Positions 13,581 to 24,130 of a DNA stretch of 64,000 nt are shown here, one piece after another. The stretch spans positions 59,897,615 to 59,961,614 of the forward strand of contig NC_052154.1 in NCBI RefSeq assembly GCF_902713615.1, written 5' to 3'. How positions within the stretch are numbered: position 1 is the first letter of the stretch; every line of letters starts with the position of its first letter. Position numbers and translations under genes: made by a program. Source of the stretch: Scyliorhinus canicula (Eukaryota). The notes beneath the pieces are model-generated. The model saw nothing but the letters and a program-made list of their open reading frames with translations, did not search any database and was not told where the DNA came from.

Positions 13581-13926
13581 GGCAGCACGGTAGCATTGTG
13601 GATAGCATAATTGCTTCACAGCTCCAGGGTCCCAGGTTCGATTCCGGCTTGGGTCACTGTCTGTGCGGAGTCTGCACATCCTCCCCGTGTGTGCGTGTGT
13701 TTCATCCGGGTGCTCCGGTTTCCTCCCACAGACCAAAGATGTGCAGGTTAGGTGCATTGGCCATGATAAATTGCCCTTAGTGTCCAAAATTGCCCTTAGT
13801 ATTAGGTGGGGTTACTGGGTTATGGGGATAGGGTGGAGATGTTGACTTTGGGTATGGTGCTCTTTCCAAGAGCCGGTGCAGACTCGATGGGCCGAATGGC
13901 CTCCTTCTGCATTGTAAATTCTATGT
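13581..13926 (+). mobile_element. HE1/V-SINE-like SINE with CR1-type tail
   Basis: GGCAGCACGGTAGC head, B-box GGTTCGATTCC, conserved core, tail GATGGGCCGAATGGCCTCCTTCTGC...TTCTATG. Confidence 0.9.
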
Positions 13927-14130
13927 AAAAATCACTTGGCTGCTTTCACACATTCTGATCATGAAAAATGAGGTGTCAACCTGTTGTAGCGACAACACAG
14001 AACTAGTTGCATGTTGAAACAGCAAGTGGTAGACAGAGCTGAGCAATCCTATAACTTACAGATAAAATCTAAGTTCTGCAGTCCTGCCACATTCAGCGGA
14101 GAATGGTGGTAGACTTATAGATGGTTGCCA

Positions 14131-14253
14131 TGATGTGGAGATGCCGGCGTTGGACTGGGGTGAGCACAGTAAGAAGTCTTACAACACCAGGTTAAAGTCC
14201 AACATGTTTGTTTCAAACACTAGCTTTCGGAGCACTGCTCCTTTCTCAGGTGA
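14131..14253 (-). mobile_element. Penelope-like terminal fragment with minimal hammerhead-like motif
   Basis: Minus strand reads CTGAGAA-A-GGAGC-AGT-GCTCC-GAAA-GC-TA; family assignment from recall only. Confidence 0.6.
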
Positions 14254-16500
14254 GGCTTTGGGGAGTCAGGAGGTGTGTTACTCGCTACAGGATTCCTAGC
14301 CTTTGACCTACCTGGTAGCCACAGTATTAATATGGCTAGTCCAGTTCCGTTTCTGATCGATGGTAACCCCCAGGATGTTGATTGTGTGGAATTCAGGAAT
14401 GGCAATGTCATTGAATGTCAAGGGCCGATGGTTAGATCCTCTCTTGTAGGAGATAGTCATTGCCTAACACTTGTGTGGCGTGAATGTAACTTGCCACTTG
14501 TCAGCCCAAGCCTGGATATTGTCCAGGTCTTGCTGCATTTGGACATGGACTTCTTCATTACCTGAGGAGTCGCAAATGGTGCTGAACATTGTGCAGTCAT
14601 CCGCAAACATCCCCACTTCTGGTCTTATGATGGAAGGCAGGTCATTGATGAGGCAGCTGAAGATGGTTGGGCCTAGGACACTACCCTGAGAAATTCCTGC
14701 AGTGATGCCCTGGACCTGAGATGATTGACATCCAACCACCATAACCATCTTCCTTTGTGCCAGATATGACTCCAACCAGCAGAGAGTTTTCCCCAATTCC
14801 CATTGACTCCAGTTTAGCTAGGGCTCTTTACTGCCATACTCAGCGAAATGCTGCCTTGATGTCAAGGGCAGTCAGTCTCACCTCACCTCTGGCATTCAAC
14901 GCTTTTGTCCATGTTTGAACCAAGCAGTAATGAGGTCAGGAGCTGAGTGACCCTGGTGGAACCCAAACTGAACGTCCATGAGCAGGTTATTGCTGAGTAA
15001 CTGCCGCTTGATAGCACTGCCGATGACTCCTTCCATCACTTTGCTGATGATCGAGAGTAGACTCATAGGGCGATAATTGGCTGATTGGATTTGTCCTGGT
15101 TCTTGTGTATAGGACATACCTGGGCAGTTTTCCACATTGCTGGGTAGATGCAAGTGTTGTAGCTGTTCTGGACAACTTAGCTAGGGGAGCAGCAAGTTCT
15201 GGAGCACAAGTCTTCAGTACTATTGCCGGAGTATTATCAGAACCCACAGCCTTTGCAGTATCCAGTGCCTTCAGCCGTTTCTTGATATCACGTGGAGTGG
15301 ATCGTTTTGGCTGAAGGCAGACATCTGGAGATGTTGGGGAGTTCTGGAGGAGACTGAGATGGATCATCCACTCGGCACTTCTGACTGAGGATTGTTGCGA
15401 ATGGCTCAGCCTTGATTTTTTGCACATATGTGCTGGGCTCATCCATCCTTGAGGTTGGGGATATTTATGGAGCCTCCTCCTCCAGTCAGTTGTTTAATAG
15501 ACCACTACCATTCACGACTGGATGTGGCAGGATTGAAGAGCTTAGATCTGATGCGTTGTTTGTGGAATCACTTAGTTCTGTCAATTACTTGCTGTTTATG
15601 CTGTTTGGCACACAGGTAGTCTTGTGTGGTAGCTTCACCAGGTTGACACCTCATTTTCCGCTATGCCTGGTGTTGCTCCTGGCATGCTCTCCTGCACTCT
15701 TCATTGAACCAGGGTTGATCCCCTGGTTTGGTGGTAATGGTAGAGTGGGGGATATACCAGGCCATGAGGTTGCAGATTGTGATTGAATACAATTCTGCTA
15801 ATGGCCCACAGCACCTCATGGATGCCCAGTCTTGAGCTTCTAGATCTGATCAAAGTCTATCCCATTTAGCATGGTGGTAGTGCCACACAACACGATGGAG
15901 GGTATCTTCAATGTGAAGACGGGACTTTATCTCCACAAGGTCTGTGCGGTGGTCACTTCTACCGATGCTGTCATGGACAGATACATCTGCAGCAGGCAGG
16001 TTGGTGAGGATGAGGTCAAGTATGTTTTTCCCTCTTGTTGGTTCCCTCACCACCTTCTGCCGTCCCAGTCTAGCAGCTATATCCTTTAGAACACGGTCAG
16101 CTCGGTCTGCAGTGGTACTACCGAGCCATTCTTGGTGATGGACACTGAAGTTCCCCCACCCAGAGTATATTCTGCGCCCTTGCCACCCTCAGTGCTTCCA
16201 CCAAGTGGTGTTAAACATGGAGGAGTAACGATTCATCAGCTGATAGTGGCTGGTACGTGGTAATCAGCAGGAGGTTTCCTTGCCTATATTTAACCTGAAG
16301 CTGTGACACTTCATGGGGTCCAGTGTCGATGTTGAGGACTCCCACACAACCCCCTCCCAACTGTATACCATTGTGCTGCCATCTCTGCTTGGTCTGTCCT
16401 GCCAGTGAGAATGGTGATAGTGGTGTCTGGGACATTGTCTGAAAGTTATGATTCTGTGATTATGACTATGTCAGCCTTAACTAGACTGTGAATAGTCCAA
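14253..16500 (-). mobile_element. CR1/L2-group LINE, degraded endonuclease and RT region
   Basis: EPTRGKNILDLILTN...SDH (endonuclease); NYRPMSLLSIISKVME, QFGF, QGSVLGP, FADD (RT). Confidence 0.88.
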
Positions 16501-16850
16501 TAGAATACTGTCCACTTTCCTGGATGAGTGCAACTCCAAAAACACTCAAGGTGCTGTATACTATCCAGGACAAGGCAACTCATTTGATTGACATCCCTTC
16601 AACAAACACCCACTCCCTCTACCACCGATGCACAGTAGCAGCGATGTGCAGCATCTACAAGATGCACGGCAAGGATTCGTCAAGGCTCCTTTGGCAGCGC
16701 CTTCCAAACCCACAATCACACTATCTAGAAAGACAAGGGTAGCAGCTTGGGAACACCATCACCGGAAGTTCCCTTCCAAGTCTTTCACCATCCTGACCAT
16801 GAAATACATTGCTGTTCCTTCACTGTCGCTGAGTTCAAATCCTGGAACGT
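16501..16850 (+). mobile_element. 3' part of the same LINE family, opposite orientation
   Basis: Matches in-window copies at 21750-21990 and 43830-43985. Confidence 0.75.
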
Positions 16851-17057
16851 TCCCGGACCTGGGTCACTGTCTGTGTGGGGTTTGCACATCCTCCCCATGT
16901 CTGTGTGGGCCAAAATTCGAGAAATAGAATGAATCTCAGTATTGAAGAGTTAAAGTAATTTTATACATTTGCTGAATTGCTTACTTTTGAGTCAACACAA
17001 TGTCAGTGATGGAAAATCTGTGTCAGAGCACCAAAAGTGACCCTTGCAGATGATTCT

Positions 17058-18160
17058 AATTGATATTTATTGTCACATGTACCGAAGTACAGTGAAAAGT
17101 ATTTTCCTGCGGCCAAGGGAACATACATAGTACGTACATAGTCGACAAAAGAATAATCGACAGAGTTCATTGACAGTGGTGCAGCAACAAATAGTGATTG
17201 GTTATAGTGCGGAACAAGGGCCAAACAAGAGCAGCATAGGGCATGGTGAATAGTGTTCTGACAAGGAACAGATCAGTCCAAGGGAGAGTCATTGAGGAGT
17301 CTAGTAACTGTGGGGAAGAAGCTGTTCCTATGTCTGGATGTGCGGTTCTTCAGAGTTCTGTAACTTCTGCCTGATGGAAGGGTCTGGAAGAGGGCAAAGC
17401 CTGGGTGTGAGGGGTTTCTGACAATGCTGTCTGCCTTTCTGAGGCAGCGGGAGGTGTATTCAGATGGCTATGGGAGGATGGCTAGCTTGTCTGATGCATT
17501 GGGCTGAGTTCACCACACTCTGCAGTTTCTTGCGATCTTGGGCCGAGCAGTTGCCATACCAAGCTGTGATGCAGCCGGATCTCTATGGCACACCTGTAGA
17601 AGTTTGTGAGAGTTGAGGCAGACATGCCGAATTTCTTTAGCTTCTGTAGGAAGTAGAGACGTTGTTGGGTTTTCTTGACTGTTGCATCAACATGAGTGGA
17701 CCAGGACAGACTGTTGGTACCTCGGACCAACACTGCACAGTTCTCTTGACTGGTTCAGCACGCTTGAGTTGTTGTTTGTAGGCCGGAATGTAGGAGTACT
17801 GACTTGTGGGCTGGTTTAGCTCACTGGGCTAAATCGCTGGCTTTTAAAGCAGGCCAGCAGCACGGTTCGATTCCCGTACCAGCCTCCCCAGACAGGCGCC
17901 GGAATGTGGCGACTAGGGGCTTTTCACAGTAACTTCATTGAAGCCTACTCGTGACAATAAGCGATTTTCATTTTTCATTTCATTGTGGTCAGATTTGCCA
18001 AAGTGTGGTCGGGGAATGGAGCGATATGCACCTTTGATGCTCGCATAGCAGTGGTCCAAGGTGTTTGTACCTCTGGTGGGGCAGGAGGTATGTTGATGGG
18101 AGTTTTGGTAGAACCTTCCTGAGGTTGGCCTGGTTGAAGTCTCCAGCCATGATTGTCAGA
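17058..18160 (-). mobile_element. Rex1/Babar-like LINE remnant with internal deletion
   Basis: KKTQQRLYFLQKLKKFGMS...TNFYRCAIE C-terminal motif; AGDFNQANL endonuclease motif; 3' tail similar to 40925-41120. Confidence 0.7.
17808..17983 (+). mobile_element. Short tRNA-derived SINE (second head type) nested in the Rex1-like LINE
   Basis: GGGCTGGTTTAGCTCACTGG head, GGTTCGATTCC B-box, tail GGAATGTGGCGACTAGGGGCTTTTCACAGTAAC..., TTTCA repeats. Confidence 0.85.
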
Positions 18161-18419
18161 TGCAAGTTAAAGTAGTCCATTGTATCAAGAATTTCTTTGT
18201 CAAATCAGAATGCATCAGAGTTGAACTGAACATACAAATAAAGTAGTGTGATTTGCAAATACATTTGCATTTACTAATCCAATAATGGACCAGTTCCAAT
18301 TTTAACTGGGAATCAAGTTCACAAAGGTTTGGTAAAATTGCAACTGAAAGAAGTTCATTTTCGTTAATGTTCCTCGTGTGCATAATCTCAGTTGATTAGC
18401 AATGAATATATATATTTTT

Positions 18420-21400
18420 GCAATATTTTAATTAAGTTTTTAACATTTTATACATAACAAAGAAAACATACACCACCCCAAACACACCCCACCACAAACA
18501 GAACTAGTACAGAAAGAAACACCCACAACAACCCCCCCACCCCAAAGCCCGACTTCTCCCCCCATCTCCAGCATCTGATGGTGACCAACTCCTTAAAATA
18601 CAGAATGAACGGACGCCATCTTTTATAGAACCCCTCAATCGCCCTTCTCAAGGTGAACTTAACTTTTTCAAGGTAGGAATTCCACCACCAGGACCCGCCT
18701 GTGAGCAATCAGCGAGGCGAAATCTAAAACATGCGTCTCCGTCTGCAGCTCCAGCAGGTCTGATACCCTTAAAGAGGCCCCGAGGGGATTGAGCACCAAA
18801 TCCATTTGTAAGATTGCTGACATGGTGCTGAAGAACGAGCCTCAAAACCTCCCCAGCTCAGGGCAAGAGCAGAACATTGAACATGATCTTTATGTCGTCT
18901 TTGGCGACAGAATAGTGCCGGAAGACTGGAGGATAGCAAATGTTGTCCCCTTGTTCAAGAAGGGGAGTAGAGACAACCCTGGTAATTATAGACCTGTGAG
19001 CCTTACTTCGGTTGTGGGTAAAATGTTGGAAAAGGTTATAAGAGATAGGGTTTATAATCATCTTGAAAAGAACAAGTTGATTAGCGATACTCAACACGGT
19101 TTTGTGAAGGGTAGGTCATGCCTCACAAACCTTATTGAGTTTTTTGAGAAGGTGATCAAACAGGTGGATCAGGGTAAAGCTGTTGATGTGGTGTATATGG
19201 ATTTCAGTAAGGCGTTTGATAAGGTTCCCCACGGTAGGCTATTGCAGAAAATAAGGAAGTATGGAATTGAAGGTGATTTAGCGGTTTGGATCAGTAATTG
19301 GCTAGCTGAAAGAAGACAGAGGGTGGTGGTTGATGGCAAATGTTCATCCTGGAGTTCAGTTACTAGTGGTGTACCGCAAGGATCTGTTTTGGGGCCACTG
19401 CTGTTTGTCATTTTTATAAATGACCTGGAAGAGGGTGTAGAAGGATGGGTTAGTAAATTTGCAGATGACACAAAGGTCGGTGGAGTTGTGGATAGTGCTG
19501 AAGGATGTTATAGGATACAGAGGGACATAGATAAGCTGCAGAGCTGGGCTGAGAGGTGGCAGATGGAGTTTAATGCGGAAAAGTGTGAGGTGGTTCACTT
19601 TGGAAGGAGTAACAGGAATGCAGAGTACTGGGCTAATGGCAAGATTCTTGGTAGTGTAGATGAACAGAGAGATCTCGGCATCCAGGTACATAAATCCCTG
19701 AAAGTTGCCACCCAGGTTAATAGGGCTGTTAAGAAGGCATATGGTGTGCTAGCCTTTATAAGCAGGGGGGATTGAGTTTCGGAACCACAAGGTCATGCTG
19801 CAGCTGTACATAACTCTGGTGCGGCCGCACCTGGAGTACTGCGTGCAGTTCTGGTCACCACATTATAGGAAGGATGTGGAAGCTTTGGAAAGGGTTCAGA
19901 GGAGATTTACTAGGATGTTGCCTGGTATGGAGGGAAGGTCTTACGAGGAAAGGCTCAGGGAATTGAGGTTGTTTTCGTTAGAGACGAGAAGGCTGAGAGG
20001 TGACTTAATAGAGACATATAAGATAGTCAGAGGGTTAGATAGGGTGGACAGTGAGAGTCTTTTTCCTCGGATGGTGATGACCAACACGAGGGGACATAGC
20101 TTTAAATTGAGGGGTGATAGATATAGGACAGATGTCAGAGGCAGTTTCTTTACTCAGAGAGTAGTAGGGTTGTGGAACGCCCTGCCTGCAACAGTAGTAG
20201 ACTCACCAACTTTAAGGGCATTTAAGTGGTCACTGGATAGACATATGGATGAAAATGGAATAGTGTAGGTCAGATAGGCTTCAGATGGTTTCACAGGTCG
20301 GCGCAACATCGAGGGCCGAAGGGCCCGTACTGCGCTGTCGTGTTCTATGTTCTATGATTGGCTGGGCCCCGCCACACCACTTACACTTGTCCTCCACTCC
20401 CTCAAACAGCCAGCTAATCCTCACCCTTACTAAATGTACCCGATGCATCACCTTTAATTGAATTAATCCTAATCTTGCACACAAAGTCACCCTAAACAGC
20501 ACTTCACACCACACCCCCTCCTCCAGCACCATCCCCAACTCCTCCTCCCATTTAGCCTTAATCCCCTCCAGCAGTAACATATCTTCCTCCAGAATCCTCC
20601 CAGTAAATCCCCGATGTACACCCCCCTCCTCTGTGTCCGCCACCGACAGCATTCTCTCCAACAGTGAGGAGAGCGGTATCACCCGGAATGTGGGAAGGGT
20701 CTTCCTTGCAAAATTGCGCACTTGCATATACCGGAAAGTCTTGGTCTGGGGGATCCCAAACTTCTCTATCAATTCCTCCAAACTCACGAATTGCCCCGCC
20801 AGAAACAAATCCGTCATTCCTACCGCCCCTTTGTCCTCCCAGCCCCAGAACCTCACATCTAATCTAGCCAGTTCAAATAAGTGATTTGCACAGATCAACA
20901 CCATCTTCGACACCGCACCCTAATTTATAATTCTGCCAAAATTGCCTCCAAATCCTCAAAGTTGTTACCACCACCGGATTGCCTGAGTATTTCCCTGGGG
21001 ATAACGGGAGTGGTGCCGTCCCCAGCGCCTGCAATCCCGACCCCTTACATGAACCCGCCTCCAGCTTAACCCAAATTTCCTCTTGGTCCCCTTACCAACC
21101 CAGTACCTTCTCGGCATTTGCCGCCCAGTAGTAACAAATCAAATTCGGCAGAGCCAAACCACCCGACTGCCAACCCTTCTGAAGCAACGTTTTCCAAATT
21201 GTTGCTATCTTGCCGGCCCAGATAAATTAAGTAATCCACCGCTCCATCTCTTGAAAAAAATGCCTTCAACAAAAACACCAGGAGGCATTGGAATAAAAAT
21301 AGAAACCATGGAAAAATATTGATCTTTATAAATTGGACCTAGCTGGTCATCGACAGATGGAGGTTATCCCACCTCTGTAAGTCCGCCTTAACCCTACCCA

Positions 21401-21460
21401 ACAGGCTTGTAAAGTTCACTTTATGGAGTGGGACCCAATCTCAAGCCGCCTGCACCCCCA
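18420..21460 (-). mobile_element. Degraded L1/Tx1-clade LINE ORF2 3' half, host of a CR1 insertion
   Basis: WEEELG...CARLGLIQLKVMHR...CKWC and LEKVKFTLR...WRPF, homologous to the 5218-6201 copy. Confidence 0.85.
18885..20356 (+). mobile_element. CR1 LINE, 5'-truncated, near-intact RT
   Basis: NYRPVSLTS, QHGF, DFSKAFD, GVPQGSVLGP, FADD; single frameshift in a G-run at ~19765; TGTTCTA tail repeats. Confidence 0.95.
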
Positions 21461-21469
21461 AGGTGGTCT

Positions 21470-21990
21470 AACTAATATTCATTTCTCACAAGTGCCAAGT
21501 AATGACAATCTCCAACAGGACAGAATCTAACTATTTCCCCTTGACATTCAACAACATTACCAATGCTGAATTCTCCACTATCACCCTGGGGATTGACATT
21601 GACCAGAAATCTAACTGGACTGGGCATATAAATGCTGTAGTTACAAGAGCAGTTGAGAGACTGGGAATTCTATTGTGAGTAACTCACCTCCTGGCTCCCC
21701 AAAGCCTGTCTAAAATCTACAACCCACAAGCCAGGAATGTGACAGAATACTCTCCACTTGCCTAGGTGAGTGTAGCCCCATCAACTCTCAAGGATCTCAA
21801 CACTATCCAGAAAAACGCAGCCTGCATATTCAGCATCCCATCCATCACCTTAAACATTTGCATCCTTCACCACAGGCATACAATAGCAGTAGTGTATCTC
21901 ACAAGATTCACTGCAGCAACTCACCAAGACTCCTTCACTAGCACCTTCAAAACCTGCAACCTCTACTACCTAGAAGGACAGGCAGCAGAA
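21470..21990 (+). mobile_element. CR1/L2-group LINE 3' fragment
   Basis: Homologous to 14253-14480 (reverse complement) and to 16501-16750. Confidence 0.75.
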
Positions 21991-22465
21991 ACATAGAGAA
22001 TAGGGGCAGGTGAAGGCCATTCAAGCTTACTCCTCTGTTCATTATGATCGTGGTTGACCATCCAACTCAATAACCTAATCGAGATTTCCCCCCCATATCC
22101 TTTGACCCCCTTCGCCTCAAGTGCTATATCTAACTGCTTCATTGAAACATTCAATGTTTCGACCTCAACTACTTTTTGTGGTGACGAATTCCACAGGCTC
22201 AACGCTCTCTGGGTGAAGAGATTTCTCCTCATCTCTGTCCTAAATAGTCTACCCAGTTCTTCAGACTGTGACCACTGGTTCTGGACACCTCCACCATCGG
22301 GGACATCCTTCTTGCTTCTATCCTGTCTCGTACTGTTAGAATTTTACAGGTTTCTATGAGAACCCCCATAGTCTTCTGAACTCCAGCGAATACAGTCCTA
22401 ACCAACTCAATCTCTCTTCATACGTCTGTCCTACCATCCCAGGAATCAGTCTGATGAACCTTTGG
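21991..22465 (-). mobile_element. CR1 LINE 3' fragment
   Basis: RRNLFTQRALSLWNSSP motif and CR1 tail. Confidence 0.82.
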
Positions 22466-22854
22466 TGGACCTTTGGTGTGAACATTGCCTACATCAAACC
22501 ATTGCCAACATCAAAGGTAAGTGTGGTGAAATCACAAGCTTGAGTGATTGAAATACACTTAGTGCAGTTTCATCTCTTTGATGTGAGAAATGTTTACAAA
22601 CTTTGGAGTTTCTCCACTTAAGCCACTGAAGTGTGAAGGGATATGAATGAATCAAAGCAGTAGATAGTTTTTCTGAGCTGCCAATCACAAACCACTGCTC
22701 CAGATCCATGAATGGTTTGCAGACAATGAATCTGTGGTAACCAGATGCTGGCATTGCTGCTCACCTTTGATGAATGGACACTTGGAGCTGCAAGACAGTT
22801 ATTACAATTGTAAAGCTTCCCACAACCTCTATGTGGACTTCTCTCTAGCTTCCA

Positions 22855-23322
22855 GACAGGGGGCTCTTTTCTAGGGGCAGGGGTCTGTGTGGAGTGGGAG
22901 TCTGTGTGTGTGGGGGGGATCAGTGCAGGGATTTCCTTTAGACAGGGGATTCCTGTGGGGGGGGTCCACTTATTAGGGAGGTCCATGGGGGTGGAGGGAG
23001 CAGGTCGGGTCACCCCTATACATGGGTGTGGGGGGAGCAACCAGTGGTGGGGGTCAGGGCTGATTTGCAGTGCGTGTGGGTGCCGGTGGTGGGACTCCAC
23101 TATCAGACCACCCGCTCAAGGCGGCAGCCCAATAGCGTGATCCCCTGGGAATCCTCTCTTATTCCGCGCCATCCATAAATTTGCACGACGTGGAACACTG
23201 AATTGCATCCTGCTTTACAGCCACAAGGGGATTGTAAAGCGAGTGCAATTCAGCTCTGGCGGGAGAACGAGGACGCTGTTGGCCGATGCCGAAATCGGGA
23301 AACGTGATTGGTGGAGAATAGC
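22855..23322. mobile_element. Harbinger-like non-autonomous fragment
   Basis: GC-rich; ends in GGAGAATAGC, resembling the GGAGAAT TIR motif of the other Harbinger ends. Confidence 0.4.
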
Positions 23323-24130
23323 CTCCGCGCCAAAATCGCGGTAGGCACCGGTTTGATGCATGACTCTCCGACACCCTATAAATGGCGTAAATGCGACACG
23401 CAGTGTTTAAATGCCGTTTGCATATCATTAATGGGCCAGACCCTGTATTTTCTGGGGCCTCCGCAATTCTCCGCCTCGACGGTGCGGTTCATTTGTGGTT
23501 TCAAAAGGCGTGAACCTGGAGTGGTGGCTGCTGAGAGAGAGGGAGAAGAGGAGAAGAGTGACTGCAGGCTGCTGGCCTGGACACTGGCAGTGATGTGTGG
23601 GGAGCCCCTGCCAGGGGCCGGGGGAGGGGGGCAACCGAACGAATGGCTGGGGTGACCCCCCCCCCCCCACAGGACTGTGGCGGTGCCCAGGCACCGACCG
23701 CCATTGCGGTGGCCATCTTGTTGCGCACCCACTGACCACCCACCCCAGCCCCTGGTTCGACACAGTGACACCAGCTGTATGGGTGTGCCCACTCCCACAC
23801 CCCACCCCCCGCCACATCGCCCCACCAGCCCCTGCCCCAAACACTCCCCCAACCAGCCGCTGCGCTCAGACGGACTGATGGCTGCCACGGCAGCCATCAG
23901 TGGTGACAGTGCCAGCCAATGGTACCCCTGGCATCAGGGATGGGTGCTGGGGTCAGAGGCCCCCACAGTGCTGGCCACTGATGGGGCAGGAGTGAGGGTG
24001 TGGGCTGGGCATGGTACATGCGGAGGCGGTGCCCACACTGCCAACCGGTGCCACCGTGTAACCATGGAACCTGGTTGGGCACAGGAGTATGCACCATGCT
24101 AACATGTTGGCCTTTCACCCGCTGCAGACA

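Noticed and set aside
13581-13660. tRNA gene (and similar A/B-box sequences elsewhere)
   Set aside because: These are tRNA-derived SINE heads followed by SINE core and tail.
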